A stretch of DNA of 64,000 bases from an uncultured Candidatus Rokubacteria bacterium. Lineage in GTDB: Bacteria; Methylomirabilota; Methylomirabilia; Rokubacteriales; CSP1-6. Positions within the stretch are counted from its first letter, which is position 1. Every line of letters begins with the position of its first letter. The notes below the pieces were generated by a model that ran no database searches, had not been told where the DNA came from, and saw nothing but the letters and a program-made list of their open reading frames with translations. The position numbers and the translations under genes are program-made. This document shows, piece after piece, positions 48,225 to 57,108 of the stretch. The stretch spans positions 35,987 to 99,986 of the forward strand of contig CAWKCA010000043.1 of NCBI GenBank assembly GCA_963848005.1. Direction: 5' to 3'.

Positions 48225-48588
48225 CGGGCCAGCCCCCTTGAACCCGCCAGATCTCCCGAGCGAGCCGCGGGTGGAGCGGTACGTGCTGAAGCTCCGGCAG
48301 CTCTTCCGGTACCAGCAGTACCATCCTCTGCAGCAGGTTGGCGCCGAGGTCCCGGTGGGGGCCACGCACCGCGCGGTCCTGGCCGGTGACCGTCAACTGG
48401 AGCTGACCCCCGAGGGGATGGCGCAGAGGGCGGTGCGCGTGCGCGTGCGGCTGGTGCGGGGCAACATCACCGAGCTGACGACCAATCTGGAGGCCCCTGC
48501 CGGGGCGGCCACGATCATCGGCGGACCGCGCCACGGGGACGGGGTGCTCATCATTCTCCTCTGGGCCAGTCCCAATCCCCCCCGCTGA
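48187..48588 (+). CDS. hypothetical protein, possibly the extracytoplasmic C-terminal domain of the upstream sigma factor (frame relation unresolved)
   Basis: 133-aa ORF overlapping the sigma ORF by 38 nt. No signal peptide of its own and no recognisable family. Confidence 0.4.
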   Translation: MVHFGARVYLATDGPAPLNPPDLPSEPRVERYVLKLRQLFRYQQYHPLQQVGAEVPVGATHRAVLAGDRQLELTPEGMAQRAVRVRVRLVRGNITELTTNLEAPAGAATIIGGPRHGDGVLIILLWASPNPPR

Positions 48589-48644
48589 ACGTCTCGCCCT
48601 CGGCGAAGGCCCGAGGCGAGCCTGACCGGAAGAGGAGTGCGAAC

Positions 48645-50174
48645 GTGACCGAGGGTGAGGAGCGCTACGCGCGCGAGCGCGGCCGCATCGAGCAGGGGCA
48701 CGTTCGGTACCGCGACAAGCTGAAGGCCGAGGGCAAGCTCTTCGTTCGCGACCGCCTCACGTTGCTGCTCGATCCGGGCACGGAGTTCCAGGAAGACTGG
48801 CTCTTCGCGCGCTCCGAGGACCCCGATACCCCCGCCGATGGAGTGGTGACCGGCGTGGGGACGGTGGGCGGCCGGCCCGTGTGCATCATGGCCAACGACT
48901 ACACGGTGAAGGCCGGCTCCTGGGGCGAGAAGACCGTGCAGAAGATCATTCGCATCCAGGAAAAGGCGGCGCGCCTGCAGATCCCCATGCTGTACCTGGT
49001 CGACGCCGCGGGCGGCCGGATCTCCGAACAGATCAAGATCTTTCCCGGCCGGTTCCACGCGGGCCGCATCTTCTACAACGAGGTCCAGCTCTCGGGCGTG
49101 GTGCCGCAGGTCTGCATCCTCTTCGGTCCGTCTCCGGCGGGATCGGCCTACCTACCGGCCCTGACCGACCTCGTGATCATGGTCGATGGCAAGGCCTCGC
49201 TCTACGTGGGCAGTCCTCGCATGGTGGAGATGGCCGTCGGAGAGAAGACCACCCTCGAGGAGCTGGGCGGCGCCCGCATGCACTGCACGGTGTCCGGGTG
49301 CGGCGACGTGCTCGCGACCTCGGACGAGGACGCCATCGAGCTGGCCAAGCGGTACCTCACCTACATGCCGTCGTCCTACCGCCAGCGACCGGAAGGGCAG
49401 GCATCGACCGAGCCCACGCCGGGCCGGCCGATCGAGGAGATCGTTCCCTACGACCAGCGCAAGTATTTCGACATGTACGAGGTGATCGACCGGATCATCG
49501 ACGCGGGGTCGTGGTTCGAGGTCAAACGGCTCTTCGCCGGCGAGATCATCGTGGGCCTCGCCCGCATGGGCGGGCGCGTCGTGGGCATCGTGGCCAACCA
49601 GCCGAAGGTGAAGGGCGGCGTGCTCTTCGTGGACTCCTCCGACAAGGCGGCGAAGTTCATCTGGCTCTGCAACGCCTACAACATTCCCCTCGTGTATCTG
49701 GCCGACGTCGCCGGCTTCATGGTGGGCTCCAAGGTCGAGCGCGCCGGCATCATCCGCCACGGGGCCAAGATGGTGTTCGCCACGGCGCAGGCCACGGTGC
49801 CGAAGATCTCGGTCATCGTGCGCAAGTGCTACGGGGCGGGGCTCTACGCCATGTGCGGGCAGGCCTTCGAGCCCGACGCGGTGGTGGCGCTCCCCCAGGG
49901 CCAGATCGCCATCATGGGACCCGAGCCCGCGGTCAACGCCGTCTACTACAACAAGATCATGGAGCTCCCCGAGGCCGAGCGCGCGGACTACGTGCGGCAG
50001 AAGCGCGAGGAGTACGCGCGCGACGTCGATACGTTCAAGCTCGCCTCGGAGATGCTCATCGACGGCATCGTGCCCGGCTCCGCCCTGCGCCGGGAGCTGA
50101 TCACGCGCCTGCACTACGCCGACTCGAAGGTCCACGAGTTTCCCGCCCGCCGCAACGGCGTCTACCCTGTTTGA
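48645..50174 (+). CDS. acyl-CoA carboxylase carboxyltransferase subunit (propionyl-/methylmalonyl-CoA carboxyltransferase family)
   Basis: Intact 509 aa. VTGVGTVGGRPVCIMANDYTVKAGSWG, LVDAAGGRI, IVANQPKVKGGVL and VYLADVAGFMVG motifs. RBS AAGAGGAG lies before GTG 48645. Confidence 0.85.
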   Translation: MTEGEERYARERGRIEQGHVRYRDKLKAEGKLFVRDRLTLLLDPGTEFQEDWLFARSEDPDTPADGVVTGVGTVGGRPVCIMANDYTVKAGSWGEKTVQKIIRIQEKAARLQIPMLYLVDAAGGRISEQIKIFPGRFHAGRIFYNEVQLSGVVPQVCILFGPSPAGSAYLPALTDLVIMVDGKASLYVGSPRMVEMAVGEKTTLEELGGARMHCTVSGCGDVLATSDEDAIELAKRYLTYMPSSYRQRPEGQASTEPTPGRPIEEIVPYDQRKYFDMYEVIDRIIDAGSWFEVKRLFAGEIIVGLARMGGRVVGIVANQPKVKGGVLFVDSSDKAAKFIWLCNAYNIPLVYLADVAGFMVGSKVERAGIIRHGAKMVFATAQATVPKISVIVRKCYGAGLYAMCGQAFEPDAVVALPQGQIAIMGPEPAVNAVYYNKIMELPEAERADYVRQKREEYARDVDTFKLASEMLIDGIVPGSALRRELITRLHYADSKVHEFPARRNGVYPV

Positions 50175-50175
50175 C

Positions 50176-50259
50176 ATGGGGGGCCTCGAACGGGCCCCCC
50201 AAGCCCCCCTTTGCTCCCTTGCGCTCGGGGCGCCCCGGCGGAGCCGGGGCACCCCTCGA
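50176..50259 (-). repeat. REP/MITE-like element, copy 4
   Basis: ATGGGGGGCCTCGAACGGGCCCCCCAAGCCCCCC...GCGCTCGGGGCGCCCCGGCGGAGCCGGGGCACCCCTCGA. Begins 2 nt after the carboxyltransferase stop. Confidence 0.7.
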
Positions 50260-50357
50260 ATCTCGCGCGGCGGTCCGGCGGAGCGCCGACCGTCGGCGAC
50301 TGGTGCCTCGATTCCCCTCGGCGTTGCCCGACGGCGCCTCAGAGACTGTGAGTGAAT

Positions 50358-50428
50358 TCGAGGAGCGCCCCGGGGAACCCGGGGCGCGACGAGCGTGGGG
50401 GGTTTGGGGGGCGCCCGGAGCCCCCCAT
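50358..50428 (+). repeat. REP/MITE-like element, copy 5
   Basis: TCGAGGAGCGCCCCGGGGAACCCGGGGCGCGACGAGCGTGGGGGGTTTGGGGGGCGCCCGGAGCCCCCCAT. Ends 4 nt before the pckG stop. Confidence 0.7.
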
Positions 50429-50432
50429 CTAC

Positions 50433-52175
50433 TCAGCCAGCGAAGCGACGGCGCGTGTGCGCCAGCGTGTGGGCGATGGAGGCGGGCAGGCGCGGGCCGA
50501 ACTGGTCGTAGAACTGGCCGAGGTCGGCCAGGGCGTCAAGCCACTCGCCGGCATCGCAGCGGAGCGCTGCGGCAAGCCGCGATGGGGTGACCTCGAGCCC
50601 GTCGAGATCGAGGGCGCCTGACGCTGGAATGAAGCCGATCGGGGTTTCCGCGGCACGGCCTGCTCCGCGAATGCGCTCGACCATCCACTTGAGGATCCGC
50701 ATGTTGTCGCCGTAGCCGGGCCAGAGAAACCGCCCGTCCGCGTCGCGCCGGAACCAGTTGACGCGGAAGATTCGCGGAGGAGTGGCCAGCCGCGTCCCCA
50801 TGCTGAGCCAGTGGGCGAAGTAGTCGGCCATGTTGTAGCCGCAGAAGGGGATCATGGCCATCGGATCGCGCCGGACTACCCCGACCTTGCCGGTGATGGC
50901 CGCCGTCGTCTCCGTGCTCATGGCCGAGCCGAGGAACACGCCGTGCGTCCAGTCGAAGGCCTCGAAGACCAGCGGGATCACCTGGGTGCGCCGCGAGCCG
51001 AAGATGAGCCCGGAGATGGGGACGCCGTGCGGATCCTCCCAGTTGGGCGCCACGGAGGGGCACTGCTGGACGGGCACGGTGAAGCGCGAATTCGGATGCG
51101 CGGCGGGCCCACTCGCGGGCTCCCACGGCCGGCCCTGCCAGTCCACGAGGCCGGGAGGCGCCTCCGCCGTGAGCCCCTCCCACCACGGCTCGTTGCCCCG
51201 TGTGAGCGCCACGTTGGTGAAGATCGTGTTGGCGCGCACCATGGCGGTGGCGTTGGGGTTGGTCTTCGGACTGGTGTTGGGGGCGACGCCGAAGAAGCCG
51301 CGCTCGGGGTTCACCGCGCGAAGCTGACCGCTCCCGTCGACCCACATCCACGCGATGTCGTCTCCCACCGTCCAGGCTCGCCAGCCTGGAAGCTGCGAGA
51401 CGACCATGGCCAGATTGGTCTTGCCCGAGGCGCTGGGCATGGCCGCCGCCAGGTACGTCACGCGGCCCTCGGGATCCTCGACGCCGATGATCAGCATGTG
51501 TTCGGCGAGCCATCCCTCCTGGCGCGCTTGCCAGGAGGCGATGCGAAGGGCATGGCATTTCTTACCCAGTAGCGCATTGCCCCCGTAGCCGGAGCCCACG
51601 CTCCAGATCAGCTTCTCCTCCGGAAACTGCAGGATGAGCCGGCGATCGGGCGAGAGATCGGCGAGCGAGTGCAGGCCGCCCACGAAATCGTCGTCGCCGC
51701 GCATGTGCTCGATGGCGACCGGTCCCACGCGCGTCATCACGTGCATGCTCGCCGCGGCGTAGGCGCTGTCCGTGAGCATGACGCCGGTGCGGCTCATGGC
51801 CGACCCCGCGGGGCCCATGAGATAGGGGATGACGTACATGGTCCGGTCGCGCATGGCGCCGCGGAAGATGGCCCCGGCCTTCGACCTGGCCTCGGCGGGC
51901 GCCATCCAGTTGTTGGTTGGTCCCGCGTCGTCGCGCTCGCGCGAGCAGATATAGGTCAGCTGCTCGGTGCGGGCGACATCCAATGGGTGGCTGCGGTGCA
52001 GGTAGCAGTTGGGGTATGCGCGCGGGTCCAGCGGGAGCAGCGTGCCGTCGCGCAACATTCCCTCGACGAGCCCGTCGTACTCGCTCTTCGAGCCATCGCA
52101 CCAGACCACGCGGGCGGGCCGGGTCAGCTCAGTGGCTTGCTCCACCCACTTCTCGACGATGCTGGTAGCGGCCAT
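50433..52175 (-). CDS. pckG: phosphoenolpyruvate carboxykinase (GTP)
   Basis: Intact. GSGYGGNALLGKKC, MPSASGKTNLAM (kinase-1a P-loop), GDDIAWM and FGVAPNTS are GTP-PEPCK signatures. ATG 52175 (MAATSIVEKW) lies within ORF 50433-52244. Confidence 0.9.
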   Translation of the reverse strand: MAATSIVEKWVEQATELTRPARVVWCDGSKSEYDGLVEGMLRDGTLLPLDPRAYPNCYLHRSHPLDVARTEQLTYICSRERDDAGPTNNWMAPAEARSKAGAIFRGAMRDRTMYVIPYLMGPAGSAMSRTGVMLTDSAYAAASMHVMTRVGPVAIEHMRGDDDFVGGLHSLADLSPDRRLILQFPEEKLIWSVGSGYGGNALLGKKCHALRIASWQARQEGWLAEHMLIIGVEDPEGRVTYLAAAMPSASGKTNLAMVVSQLPGWRAWTVGDDIAWMWVDGSGQLRAVNPERGFFGVAPNTSPKTNPNATAMVRANTIFTNVALTRGNEPWWEGLTAEAPPGLVDWQGRPWEPASGPAAHPNSRFTVPVQQCPSVAPNWEDPHGVPISGLIFGSRRTQVIPLVFEAFDWTHGVFLGSAMSTETTAAITGKVGVVRRDPMAMIPFCGYNMADYFAHWLSMGTRLATPPRIFRVNWFRRDADGRFLWPGYGDNMRILKWMVERIRGAGRAAETPIGFIPASGALDLDGLEVTPSRLAAALRCDAGEWLDALADLGQFYDQFGPRLPASIAHTLAHTRRRFAG

Positions 52176-52303
52176 GTCCGCATCCTCGTCGTGCTGCTGG
52201 AGTCGTGTTGCCGGGATCGGGGTGCGCCGGACCTGGTTCGACACAGACCGTACGCACTTCGCCGCGGGGCGTCAAGCAGTTCCTGCGTGCTAGCATCGGC
52301 CCC

Positions 52304-53062
52304 GTGACCGGCTTGGTTGTGGCCGTGCGTTATCTCACTATCCTGCCTGTCCCTGGTCCGCCGGTTCCGCCGAGCTCCGGGCCGTCTCTGGCGGACCTCG
52401 GACGATCGGCCGCGTGGTTCCCCATCGTCGGCCTCGGATTGGGGATCGTCCTGGCCCTGGGGCAGTGGGCGGTCACGCGCGTGTTTCCACCGCTTCTCGT
52501 GGGCCTGCTGACGATCACAGCGTGGAAGCTGCTGACCGGTGGGCTTCATCTCGACGGACTTGCCGATTGCCTGGACGGTCTTGCCGGCCGCGACGCAGCG
52601 CACAGGCTCGCCATCATGCGCGACAGCCGGATCGGCGCTTTTGCCGCGATCGGCCTGGTCCTCGTCCTTCTCCTCGACGTGGCGGCCGTCGCGGAGATGG
52701 CGGAGGATCGGCGCTGGCGAGCGCTCGTCGTCGCTCCGACCGTGGCCCGGGCCACGCCCCTCGTCCTGGCCCGCCTGTTCCCGCCGGCGCGCCGCGACGG
52801 GCAGGGGGCGTCTTTCCAGGCGAGCGTGGGTCGGGTACCCACGGTGCTCGCCGTCGCGCTGGCGTCGCTCGTGGCCGTGGTGGTTCTCGGGTGGACCGGC
52901 GTGGTGGCGGCCCTGGGGGGATTGCTGGCGGCCATCCTCCTCGGGTGGCTGCTCGCCAGCCGGCTTGGAGGCGTCACGGGCGACGTCCTGGGCGCCGCGG
53001 TCGAGGTCGCGGAGCTGACGGTGCTCCTCGCGGGAGCGGCATGGGCCCACGGCCGACTCTGA
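52304..53062 (+). CDS. cobS: adenosylcobinamide-GDP ribazoletransferase (cobalamin synthase)
   Basis: YLTILPVPG, FPIVGLGLG, GGLHLDGLADCLDG and GGVTGDVLGA motifs. Polytopic membrane protein. GTG 52304. Confidence 0.85.
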   Translation: MTGLVVAVRYLTILPVPGPPVPPSSGPSLADLGRSAAWFPIVGLGLGIVLALGQWAVTRVFPPLLVGLLTITAWKLLTGGLHLDGLADCLDGLAGRDAAHRLAIMRDSRIGAFAAIGLVLVLLLDVAAVAEMAEDRRWRALVVAPTVARATPLVLARLFPPARRDGQGASFQASVGRVPTVLAVALASLVAVVVLGWTGVVAALGGLLAAILLGWLLASRLGGVTGDVLGAAVEVAELTVLLAGAAWAHGRL

Positions 53063-53691
53063 TCTATCTGCTGCGGCACGGCGAGGTGCTGCACGCGGAA
53101 ACCCGCCGGTTCATCGGGCACCTCGACGTGCCGCTGTCGCGCCGTGGGGAGCGTCAGTGCGCGGCCCAGGCGGATACGCTGCAGGGCGTGACGCTGGCCG
53201 CGATCTTCTCCAGCGATCTGACACGCGCGCGCCGCAGCGCCGAGATCATCGCCGCGCCGCACGGGCTCATCCCCGTGGCGACCCCGGCCCTGCGCGAGAT
53301 GTCCATGGGGCGCTGGGAGGGGCTCACCGCGGACGAGATCCGGCGGCGCGAGCCAGAAGCCTTTGCCGACTGGATGGCGCGCGTGGGCGAGTTCCCGTTT
53401 CCCGAGGGCGAGAGCGTTCCCGATCTGCTGGAGCGCGCCTGGCCCGCCTTCGCGTCGATCGCGTCGGAGTTCGCCGGGCATACCGTCGCCATCGTCGCGC
53501 ACGGAGGCACCAACCGCGCCCTGCTCTGCCAGGCTCTCGGGACGCCACTCGGGCGGTTGCTCGGCTTCGGGCAGGACTACGGAGCCCTGTCGCTGCTGGT
53601 CGGGCCCGAACCGTGGCAGCTCGGCCGGCTCAACGAACGCCCGATGCTCATCGAGGCGCCTTCTGCGGAGGGGAAAAGGAGCGTGTCATGA
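53041..53691 (+). CDS. cobC: histidine-phosphatase family protein, alpha-ribazole phosphatase-like
   Basis: LIYLLRHGE (RHG catalytic motif), ...SDL.RA..SAEI..., ...VAHGG. Overlaps cobS by 22 nt and the downstream gene by 4 nt (ATGA). Confidence 0.75.
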   Translation: MGPRPTLIYLLRHGEVLHAETRRFIGHLDVPLSRRGERQCAAQADTLQGVTLAAIFSSDLTRARRSAEIIAAPHGLIPVATPALREMSMGRWEGLTADEIRRREPEAFADWMARVGEFPFPEGESVPDLLERAWPAFASIASEFAGHTVAIVAHGGTNRALLCQALGTPLGRLLGFGQDYGALSLLVGPEPWQLGRLNERPMLIEAPSAEGKRSVS

Positions 53692-55244
53692 AGCGATCGC
53701 ATGTCGTCTGGGGTGTCCTCGGCGCGGTGGCCTTGACCCTGATCGCGTCCGCCATCGCGCACGCCCAGGACAAGCCTCGCATAGGCGGCGTCTTCAAGGC
53801 GGCCATGATCGGGGAGCCCCCCACGCTCGACCTGCACACCACCACGGCCGTGATCACCCAGCAGATCACCTGGCACGTGTACGAGACGCTCTACACCTAC
53901 GACAAGAACTATGCGCCCATCCCCATGCTCGCCGAGGGGCACTCCGTCGGCGACAAGGGACGGACGTACACCTTCAAGCTCCGGCGCGGGGTGAAGTTTC
54001 ACAACGGCAAGGAGATGACGGCGGCCGATGTCGTGGCCTCGCTCCGGCACTGGACCAAGCTCGCCGGTCGCGGGAAGGCGATCGGGAAAGACATGGAGGG
54101 GATCGAGGCGAAGGACCCCTCCACCGTCGCCGTGTACCTGAAGGAGCCGATGCCCGCGCTCCTCGTCGGCCTCGCCCATCCCAACAACGCGGCCGCCATC
54201 TATCCCAAGGAGGTCGTCGACGCCGCGGGCGACGGGCCCATCAAGGACTACATCGGCACGGGCCCCTATCGCTTCGTCGAGCACAAGCCCGATCGCCACA
54301 TCAAGCTGGTCCGCTTCAAGGACTACAGCGCTCGTCCCGAGCCGGCCGACTTCTTTGGCGGCAAGCGCACCGCCTACCTCGACGAGATCCTCTTCGTCCC
54401 GGTGCCGGAGGTGGCCGTGCGCCTCGCGGGCGTGGAGACGGGCGAGTACCACCACGGTCAGCAGATCAAGCAGGATCAGTACGATCGGATCAAGACGATG
54501 CCCGGCGTGGTCGCACAGATCATCAAACCCTCGGCGTGGTCGGTGGCCGTCCTCAACCACAAGCAGGGGCTGTTCACCGACAAGCGGCTTCGCCAGGCCA
54601 TGCAGGCGGCGCTCGACATGGAACCGATCATGGCCGCCGGCTTTGGCCACAAGGATTTCTACCGGATCGATCCGTCGCTCCTGTTCGCGGAGCAAGCGGC
54701 CTGGTACTCCAAGGCGGGCGCCGAGCTGTACAACCAGAAGAACCGTGCCAAGGCTCAGAAACTTCTGAAGGAGGCTGCCTATCCCGGCACGCCCGTCCGC
54801 TGGATCACCACCAAGGAGTACGAGTGGATGTACAAGAACGCCCTGGTGGCCAAGCAGCAGCTGGAAGCGACGGGCTTCAAGATCGATCTGCAGGTGGTGG
54901 ACTGGGCGACGCTCGTCCAGCGGCGCAACAAGCCCGAGCTGTTCGACGTCTTCTCCACCGGCTTCACCTTCAACCCGGAGCCCGCCTTCACCACGGTGGT
55001 CGAGTGCAACTGGCCGGGCTGGTGGTGTCTCGAGGACAAGGATCGGTGGATGGAGTCGATCCGACGCGAGGCCGATCCCAAGGTCCGTCGCGCCATGTGG
55101 GAGAAGGTTCAGATCCTCTTCTACGAGGATGTGGGGCGGGTCAAGTTCGGCGACTACTTTTCGCTCGTGGTCAACGGCAAGGGCGTCAAGGGACTGCTCG
55201 CGGTGAACGAGCTTCCGCTCTGGAACGTCTGGCTCGATAAGTAG
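53688..55244 (+). CDS. ABC transporter substrate-binding protein, family 5 (peptide/nickel/opine type)
   Basis: Signal peptide MKRSHVVWGVLGAVALTLIASAIAHA. Then ...DLHTTT...YETLYTYD.NY...P.LAE...V..DG.TYTFKLRRGVKFHNG. 518 aa. Confidence 0.85.
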   Translation: MKRSHVVWGVLGAVALTLIASAIAHAQDKPRIGGVFKAAMIGEPPTLDLHTTTAVITQQITWHVYETLYTYDKNYAPIPMLAEGHSVGDKGRTYTFKLRRGVKFHNGKEMTAADVVASLRHWTKLAGRGKAIGKDMEGIEAKDPSTVAVYLKEPMPALLVGLAHPNNAAAIYPKEVVDAAGDGPIKDYIGTGPYRFVEHKPDRHIKLVRFKDYSARPEPADFFGGKRTAYLDEILFVPVPEVAVRLAGVETGEYHHGQQIKQDQYDRIKTMPGVVAQIIKPSAWSVAVLNHKQGLFTDKRLRQAMQAALDMEPIMAAGFGHKDFYRIDPSLLFAEQAAWYSKAGAELYNQKNRAKAQKLLKEAAYPGTPVRWITTKEYEWMYKNALVAKQQLEATGFKIDLQVVDWATLVQRRNKPELFDVFSTGFTFNPEPAFTTVVECNWPGWWCLEDKDRWMESIRREADPKVRRAMWEKVQILFYEDVGRVKFGDYFSLVVNGKGVKGLLAVNELPLWNVWLDK

Positions 55245-55255
55245 CCACGCCATCC

Positions 55256-56200
55256 GTGAAGGCCTACGTCGCCCGGCGCCTGCTTGCTCTCGTCCCCGTG
55301 GCGCTCGTGGTGGCCACCGTGGCTTTCGTGCTCATCCACCTGGCGCCGGGCGACCCCGCGGCGATCATCGCCGGGCCCGACGCCTCTCCGGACGACGTAC
55401 AGCGGATCGCGCGCCAGCTCGGCCTGGACACGCCGCTCTACGTCCAGCTCGGGCGCTTCTACGGGCGGTTGCTTCGCGGAGACCTGGGCCAGTCGATCTT
55501 TCTGCGCAAGCCGGTGAGCGAGGCGATCCTGGACCGGGTGGAGCCGACCTTGCTCTTGACGGTCTTCGCCACCCTCATCGCGGTGGCCATCGGGGTCCCC
55601 AGCGGGGTGATCTCCGCCCGCTACCACAACGGCGGGCCCGACCAGGCCTTCATGGCCCTCGCCCTGGTGGGCATCTCGGTGCCCAACTTCCTCCTCGCCC
55701 TCCTGATGGTGCTCCTCTTCGGGGTGCGCCTCGGCTGGTTTCCCGTGGCCGGCTATGCGCCGCTCGAGTACGGCTGGCTCGGCACCCTCCGCTCGCTCGT
55801 CCTTCCCGCCGCGGCCCTGGGCCTCGTGCAGTCGGCGCTGATCGCGCGCATCACGCGCTCGAGCATGCTCGACGTGCTCTACCAGCAATTCATCGTGGCC
55901 AGCCGGGCCAAGGGCCTGAGCGAACGCGCGATCGTGTACAAGCACGCGCTGCGCAACGCACTGATCCCGACGATCACCATCATCGGCATCAGCTTCGCCA
56001 TCCTCATTGGCGGGGCGGTGGTGGTCGAGACGATCTTCAACATCCCGGGCATCGGCCGTCTCATCATCTCGGCGGTGCTGCGCCGCGACTACCCGGTGAT
56101 CCAGGGCGTGGTGCTCTGCGTGGCCGGGGTCTACATGCTGGTCAATCTGCTCGTGGACCTGTCCTACCTGGTCATCGATCCGCGCGTGCGCTACCGATGA
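55256..56200 (+). CDS. ABC transporter permease (DppB/OppB-like)
   Basis: VKAYVARRLLALVPVALVVATVAFVLIHLAPGDP is the N-terminus typical of DppB. The EAA-type loop ARAKGLSERAIVYKHALRNALIP is present. Confidence 0.85.
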   Translation: MKAYVARRLLALVPVALVVATVAFVLIHLAPGDPAAIIAGPDASPDDVQRIARQLGLDTPLYVQLGRFYGRLLRGDLGQSIFLRKPVSEAILDRVEPTLLLTVFATLIAVAIGVPSGVISARYHNGGPDQAFMALALVGISVPNFLLALLMVLLFGVRLGWFPVAGYAPLEYGWLGTLRSLVLPAAALGLVQSALIARITRSSMLDVLYQQFIVASRAKGLSERAIVYKHALRNALIPTITIIGISFAILIGGAVVVETIFNIPGIGRLIISAVLRRDYPVIQGVVLCVAGVYMLVNLLVDLSYLVIDPRVRYR

Positions 56201-57108
56201 GCGGTGAGCCCAGCGCGGCCGTGCTCGAGGTCACCGCGGGCGCCCTCCGCGGCGAGAGCGAGCTGGTGCGCGCGCTCCGGCAGCTGAGCCGGCGGCGGAT
56301 CGCCCTCGTGGGCTTGGTCTTGACCCTGCTCGTGGCCGCCGTGGGAGTGCTCGCCCCCCTCCTCGCCTCGGACCCGCAACACATGGACGTCGCGGCGCGC
56401 CTGCGCCCGCCCGGTGCGCCTCACTGGTTCGGAACCGATGATCTCGGCCGCGACGTCTTCAGTCGCGTCGTCTTCGGTGCCCGCCTGTCCTTGATGATCG
56501 GTGCGGCCGTGGTGGTCTTCGCCCTCCTGGTGGGAACGCTCTGCGGCCTGGTGGCCGGCTTCTACCGCAGGCTGGACAACGTCATCATGCGCGTGATGGA
56601 TGGCCTCATGGCCTTTCCCGCCATCGTGCTGGCGGTGGCGCTCATGGCCGCGCTCGGGCCCAGCGTGCTCAACGTGATCCTGGCCATCGGCGTGGTCTAC
56701 GCGCCTCGCGTGGCGCGCGTCGTGCGCGGCTCCGTCCTCGTGATCCGCGAGACGACGTACGTGGAGGCGGCCCGCGCGCTGGGCGCGCCCGACGTCGTGT
56801 TGCTCGCGCGGCACGTGCTGCCCAACTGCCTCTCTCCCACGATCGTGCAGGGCAGCTTCATCTTCGCGGCGGCCGTGCTCACGGAAGCGGCGCTCTCGTT
56901 CTTGGGCGTGGGCGTGCCGCCATACGTGCCGAGCTGGGGCAACATCCTCGCCGACGGGCGGCTCTATTTGCAGCAGGCGCCCTGGCTGGTGATCTATCCG
57001 GGCGGGGCCATCATGGCGACCATCTTCGGTCTCAACCTGTTCGGCGACGCCCTGCGCGATCTCCTCGATCCCAAGATACGAGCCCTCAGCGTGGATCGGC
57101 CGTCTTGA
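56197..57108 (+). CDS. ABC transporter permease (DppC/OppC-like)
   Basis: HWFGTDDLGRDVFSRV and YVEAARALGA...H.LPNC..P motifs. 4-nt overlap with the upstream permease. No ATPase gene follows. Confidence 0.85.
   Translation: MSGEPSAAVLEVTAGALRGESELVRALRQLSRRRIALVGLVLTLLVAAVGVLAPLLASDPQHMDVAARLRPPGAPHWFGTDDLGRDVFSRVVFGARLSLMIGAAVVVFALLVGTLCGLVAGFYRRLDNVIMRVMDGLMAFPAIVLAVALMAALGPSVLNVILAIGVVYAPRVARVVRGSVLVIRETTYVEAARALGAPDVVLLARHVLPNCLSPTIVQGSFIFAAAVLTEAALSFLGVGVPPYVPSWGNILADGRLYLQQAPWLVIYPGGAIMATIFGLNLFGDALRDLLDPKIRALSVDRPS

Noticed and set aside
52235-52255. GGTTCGA T-loop-like motif suggesting a tRNA
   Set aside because: Flanking sequence cannot be folded into acceptor, D and anticodon arms. 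No other tRNA-like T-loop matches were noticed in the window.
52176-52303. Possible cobalamin riboswitch upstream of cobS
   Set aside because: The gap is only ~128 bp and is shared with the divergent pckG promoter. I could not find a B12-box-like core or the multi-stem architecture.
53363-55253. 625-aa plus and 558-aa minus ORFs overlapping the family-5 binding protein gene; likewise 62275-63915 minus over tctA
   Set aside because: These are shadow ORFs. The chosen frames carry signal peptides and family motifs.
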